Shown in pieces: positions 36,101-37,452 of a stretch of 37,452 bases of DNA. Both the position numbers and the translations under genes were made by a program. Origin of the DNA: Candidatus Thorarchaeota archaeon. Lineage in GTDB: Archaea > Asgardarchaeota > Thorarchaeia > Thorarchaeales > Thorarchaeaceae. Below the pieces are notes generated by a model that was not told where the DNA came from, did not search any database, and saw only the letters and a list, made by a program, of their open reading frames with translations. Each line of letters begins with the position of its first letter. The stretch's first letter is position 1. The stretch lies in the NCBI GenBank assembly GCA_011364905.1, contig RDNZ01000027.1, forward strand, positions 1-37,452, in the 5' to 3' direction.

Positions 36101-36327
36101 GTTCTGCCCCCAGCCCAGGGGATGTCGTATGGCCAGGGTCCAATTTCATCGTACTCGTAATGAGGCGTGTACTCTCGCACCGCACCAGACTGTACTATTG
36201 CAAAGTTGTAGGTAGCCCAAACTAGACTTGCAACTATGAAGATTGCGCTAATTAGGGTAGTAATACCCATTCTTCTGCGTGATGATTTAGTTGCGGCGCT
36301 CACTGGACTAGTCCTCTTCTTCACCAT
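30163..36327 (-). CDS. Giant surface protein: transglutaminase-like domain, about 13 Ig-like repeats, TM, DUF4129-like C-terminus
   Basis: WR..AYD.YDGSSW; FATAY..FMR.LG.PARLA.GY..G; WSEV; repeated G.L...NG.P..V.IYW...T...G.Y units; SETAREY...YEEARFS. Confidence 0.9.
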   Translation of the reverse strand: MVKKRTSPVSAATKSSRRRMGITTLISAIFIVASLVWATYNFAIVQSGAVREYTPHYEYDEIGPWPYDIPWAGGRTNWFDNINYTDVPLDAPLPNDIQNHLDDLIFRASPADPPQLWRTEAYDEYDGSSWGKTQVGTQPLDNTNQLISSSEATNPIYTITFNASAGANVGAIELPSLHPDLRVIENSFMTWSIDGSGNYYQDPGRLLDYDLMTDAYNTLLFTPLIQGTTGDLVQVTFNVTYDTQDLTNIATNALPGSSAPGWTDIYLNLPSLTPLVEANISQFDSVGSNAYEKAMAVQFYFQSTFSLTYTDLSRPPASQEVTDWFLQRGGGLPMDFATAYCVFMRQLGVPARLALGYAVGDLDPTMTYRDLKVRHMTFWSEVFIPMPGGGGEWIQVIPASLPDNMGGSEDPTNTPIPNVQLIVWPSNGLPYAQIGTPFGLSAAISVDNVPVTTPEAITFVDETDSVFIGMRTIGQFPDRPIANITYTFPSGTTVDYHIIAATWNSGSFTITNRTSIYAVGTPNPLSTSSPPDRGDSFVLSETRQLNVSQGLDTHIAFWEDTVHVYGTMKVGGVPVNSSNHDNRNIGIYWDNTFMGNATINEYGYYELNIYVDPLDLFDMTVGGHEVWCWYLGDWDQYGIPRLTPARSSNNSTVTVWGRIGFNLNVSPTDVPAGSTIFYDGVAFLLNGTALPASQQVGVFFSSQANATVGLNSTGGFTWSYGIPVTQADGTYFAYANWSSPWPLIAGNWSYAIPINVGSSGTQLSMDISAQLIITDPLYIGENITIFGYLTHVSNGTGIGGRWVDIYWSNGSVFLGSVLTASDGYYELNYTILLSDEGPVEYWSNFTSLEPTLASCESLHRSATVKKFDVSLDPIFVTPNPVFLLQPIDIEGILQISDFPTPLPNELVDFWLQNSTGVYYIGSDMTNSTGGYFYQYTIPLGQATETVNIWANYTSPYYNVYNGESLPEPLDIQATTTLISIQEDFHSYYVNETILLYGNLQFANGTPIASGIVDIYWINSTGTFHFQKMTDSFGYYQMYYNCTPFQDEPGVIDVIANWTSLDVRYADASSSLAPQIQLQRYYLEIAITAPTPLYVDETAFDVQGVLTYLGGAPPLSGEMVYLSYWDGSGWTDLDNPTTNLTGGFLTPLSFATYDEGIVNFRVLYISPNPLNNDTVAYFSITRIKYTINLEVTIDPNPVKQNETLTVHVYTYFAHNGTALSGATVSLYWNNATLPIPWLGDVITNETGQADLYYSGMSWDQVRTGIEVYGVYAGTVFLASNESVHNILTLNQWQTTFTGVNLPVGPYRIGDTVTITGYLEYVSPSVPYGGATVNVTVFGTTNVTLSDGSFILRWSIPGTVSPGFYDLLVTFYSPYPWIASTSFALPQIQIIAPQPQFTAFLVTPTTVYLDQALRITGTVQWDNGTSYANLPLDIYWGDYYGANTVIVNDYLTDGTGDFTIIFDIPDDLGLLTYVQHVWAYIASSGYAASGESPVIPVTVDIYRATITTNVDTTTTYLGGSVTFSGTLQFTNGTPLVGYDIQIWWGGNHLTTLTITDPALGSFSYLYSVPYSNAIGVLSGYALFEPPTIAWGVTDTNQPFSSVTVIERVDVFMDPQPADNSLTRGGTLVVTGHVLNDGGFNADGVTVEVLANGTPSSFTSVTATDGTYSISVTVPGTAQRGLYYIGIQVTSTYHELRNGPTEWTILVYIASHVDVQTSVQSLMPGEHFSANIQLIDDDGIPLNGQSVSIYLGSTHLTNVLLTDASRMNVSLLVPLTWSEGNGIFNITAQYGGTGYINPSAVIAGEGIHVFEDVVFSYTPHRVDPGQPFTIQCTLHDPSGNPIMFRRIRLNYNSTNVFNYVLDVTGTFRHDVPAQSRSIIRFAVVLISIDVDNIQSNTFTINIETTGGNPLQGTDLLIASILLIGAVIAVLAYLYIVRGMFRSPIISRGIDIPTKLRNIKKLADSGKYGASITLAYRTFEQMCGSKMGSERTSSETAREYLDRVLQVIPLDGATVEQFVQTYEEARFSHHEMTRERYEEAVRIFTDLYPRIDSTAPVE

Positions 36328-36524
36328 TTGCGAAAGTTGGCGTGTCGTGTAACCTACGGTGGATGCGAGTTACTCTCAAACGTCCTTTCCTAGCAATTAA
36401 AGGGTTGTTCAGCTGGACCCAATCTTGTTTATCGAAAGCATCTTGAGGTATACAAGTCCAAGAAACTACTGCAGTTCTTGATGCTAGGCAATACACCTAA
36501 CATCTGAGAGAGGAGGTCTACATT

Positions 36525-37103
36525 ATGGAGTCTACTCATCGCCTCATTGAAAAGTTTGCCAAGGAGAGCTTGGAGAGAAGTGGCATAGGGGCACACACGT
36601 TTGACCATACAAAGAGGGTCTATGGCCTCTGTATCAAGATTGGTGGAGAGTCAGGTGCAGACCTCAAAATCTTAGGAGCTGCAGCACTTCTTCATGATAT
36701 TGGACGACCACAGGAGGCAGAAACCGGCGTTTCGCACTCAATACTCTCAGGAGAGATGAGTCAGAAAATCCTGAGGAGCGTGGATTTTAGTGATAGAGAG
36801 ATCGAGCAAGTTGCTGATGCAATCAGGACCCATAGATTCAGCGAAGGAGTGAAGCCAACTTCTCTGGAGGGCAAAATATTGAGCGATGCTGACAAACTCG
36901 ATGCGATGGGGGCTGTGGGTGTGTTCCGTGCTATCGCACAAGCCGTGGCAACTGGTGTAGGAGTTAATGGATTCCTAAGTCATGCTGATGAGAAACTACT
37001 CAAATTGAAGGATCTCATGTACACAGATAGAGCAAAGGTTGAGGCGAGCAAGCGGCACAAGATACTGGAAGCATTTGTGTTGCAATTGAAAGAAGAACTA
37101 TAG
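36525..37103 (+). CDS. HD domain phosphohydrolase
   Basis: H..DH..RV, AALLHDIGR, H, HRFS, LSDADKLDA.GA.G; SD AGGAGGT. Confidence 0.93.
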   Translation: MESTHRLIEKFAKESLERSGIGAHTFDHTKRVYGLCIKIGGESGADLKILGAAALLHDIGRPQEAETGVSHSILSGEMSQKILRSVDFSDREIEQVADAIRTHRFSEGVKPTSLEGKILSDADKLDAMGAVGVFRAIAQAVATGVGVNGFLSHADEKLLKLKDLMYTDRAKVEASKRHKILEAFVLQLKEEL

Positions 37104-37117
37104 CTCCAATCATTGTA

Positions 37118-37452
37118 TCATTGTTTATACATGAAAAGCTCGAGGTAGGACTCCCTTATGGACTGCGCCGGATCAAAACCGAGCTCATCAAGTAGTTCAA
37201 AGATTGCCCTCTTTGCTGACTCCATCTCTTTCTTGCCATGTGCAATTGATTCCAGCTCTAGAAATAAGCCAACACTCTCCACATCATCAATACTAATGGT
37301 AATCTCACGAAGACTGTAGAATTTCCTCTTTTTTGTGATATTTCCAACTCGTTTAAAGCCGAGACTCTCCAAAATGGCTGAGAGAGAGTCTGTATCATCA
37401 ATCCCCACTGTGTATTCTAGTCTGGTCTTTGTCTTCTTGTCAATCTTCGGTC
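37118..37452 (-). CDS. cyaB: Class IV adenylate cyclase / CYTH domain protein (5' end outside the window)
   Basis: Frame open to the window edge: PKIDKKTKTRLEY..., LGF, KKR, DDV..VG.FLELE, SYLEL. Confidence 0.9.
   Translation of the reverse strand, partial: PKIDKKTKTRLEYTVGIDDTDSLSAILESLGFKRVGNITKKRKFYSLREITISIDDVESVGLFLELESIAHGKKEMESAKRAIFELLDELGFDPAQSIRESYLELFMYKQ

Overview
An archaeal genomic window, most likely from an Asgard archaeon (Thorarchaeia-like). This is an inference from two Asgard-type profilins, an archaeal uS19, GGTGA/GGAGG Shine-Dalgarno (SD) sites and TATA boxes. Most of it is housekeeping, membrane and proteolysis genes: a DPM2-like protein, TPR, DHFR/RibD-C, a stand-alone uS19, a membrane PPase, LRR, M14 and M42 peptidases, an ABC-2 exporter with a TrmB regulator, an OPT transporter, a MoxR/DUF58/DUF4350/transglutaminase-like operon, HD and CyaB. 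I found no rRNA, tRNA, CRISPR array or transposase. The main novelty is missed by the ORF track: a compact minus-strand operon of three micropeptides (35, 28 and 37 aa, 19525-19845). It has its own TATA box, coupled SD sites and a terminator, two of the peptides share a C-terminal (S/T)T(D/E)AI(G/A)YA(F/Y)xYR motif, and it is divergent from a winged-helix regulator. Other highlights: probable ATC/CTG start codons, a tandem profilin pair, a switch-like uS19 leader, a long intergenic RNA-like hairpin, a repeated TrmB operator, a giant transglutaminase-like surface protein lacking its catalytic triad, and an OPT with a duplicated 100-aa membrane module. Family assignments come from recognising motifs by eye; no database search was run.
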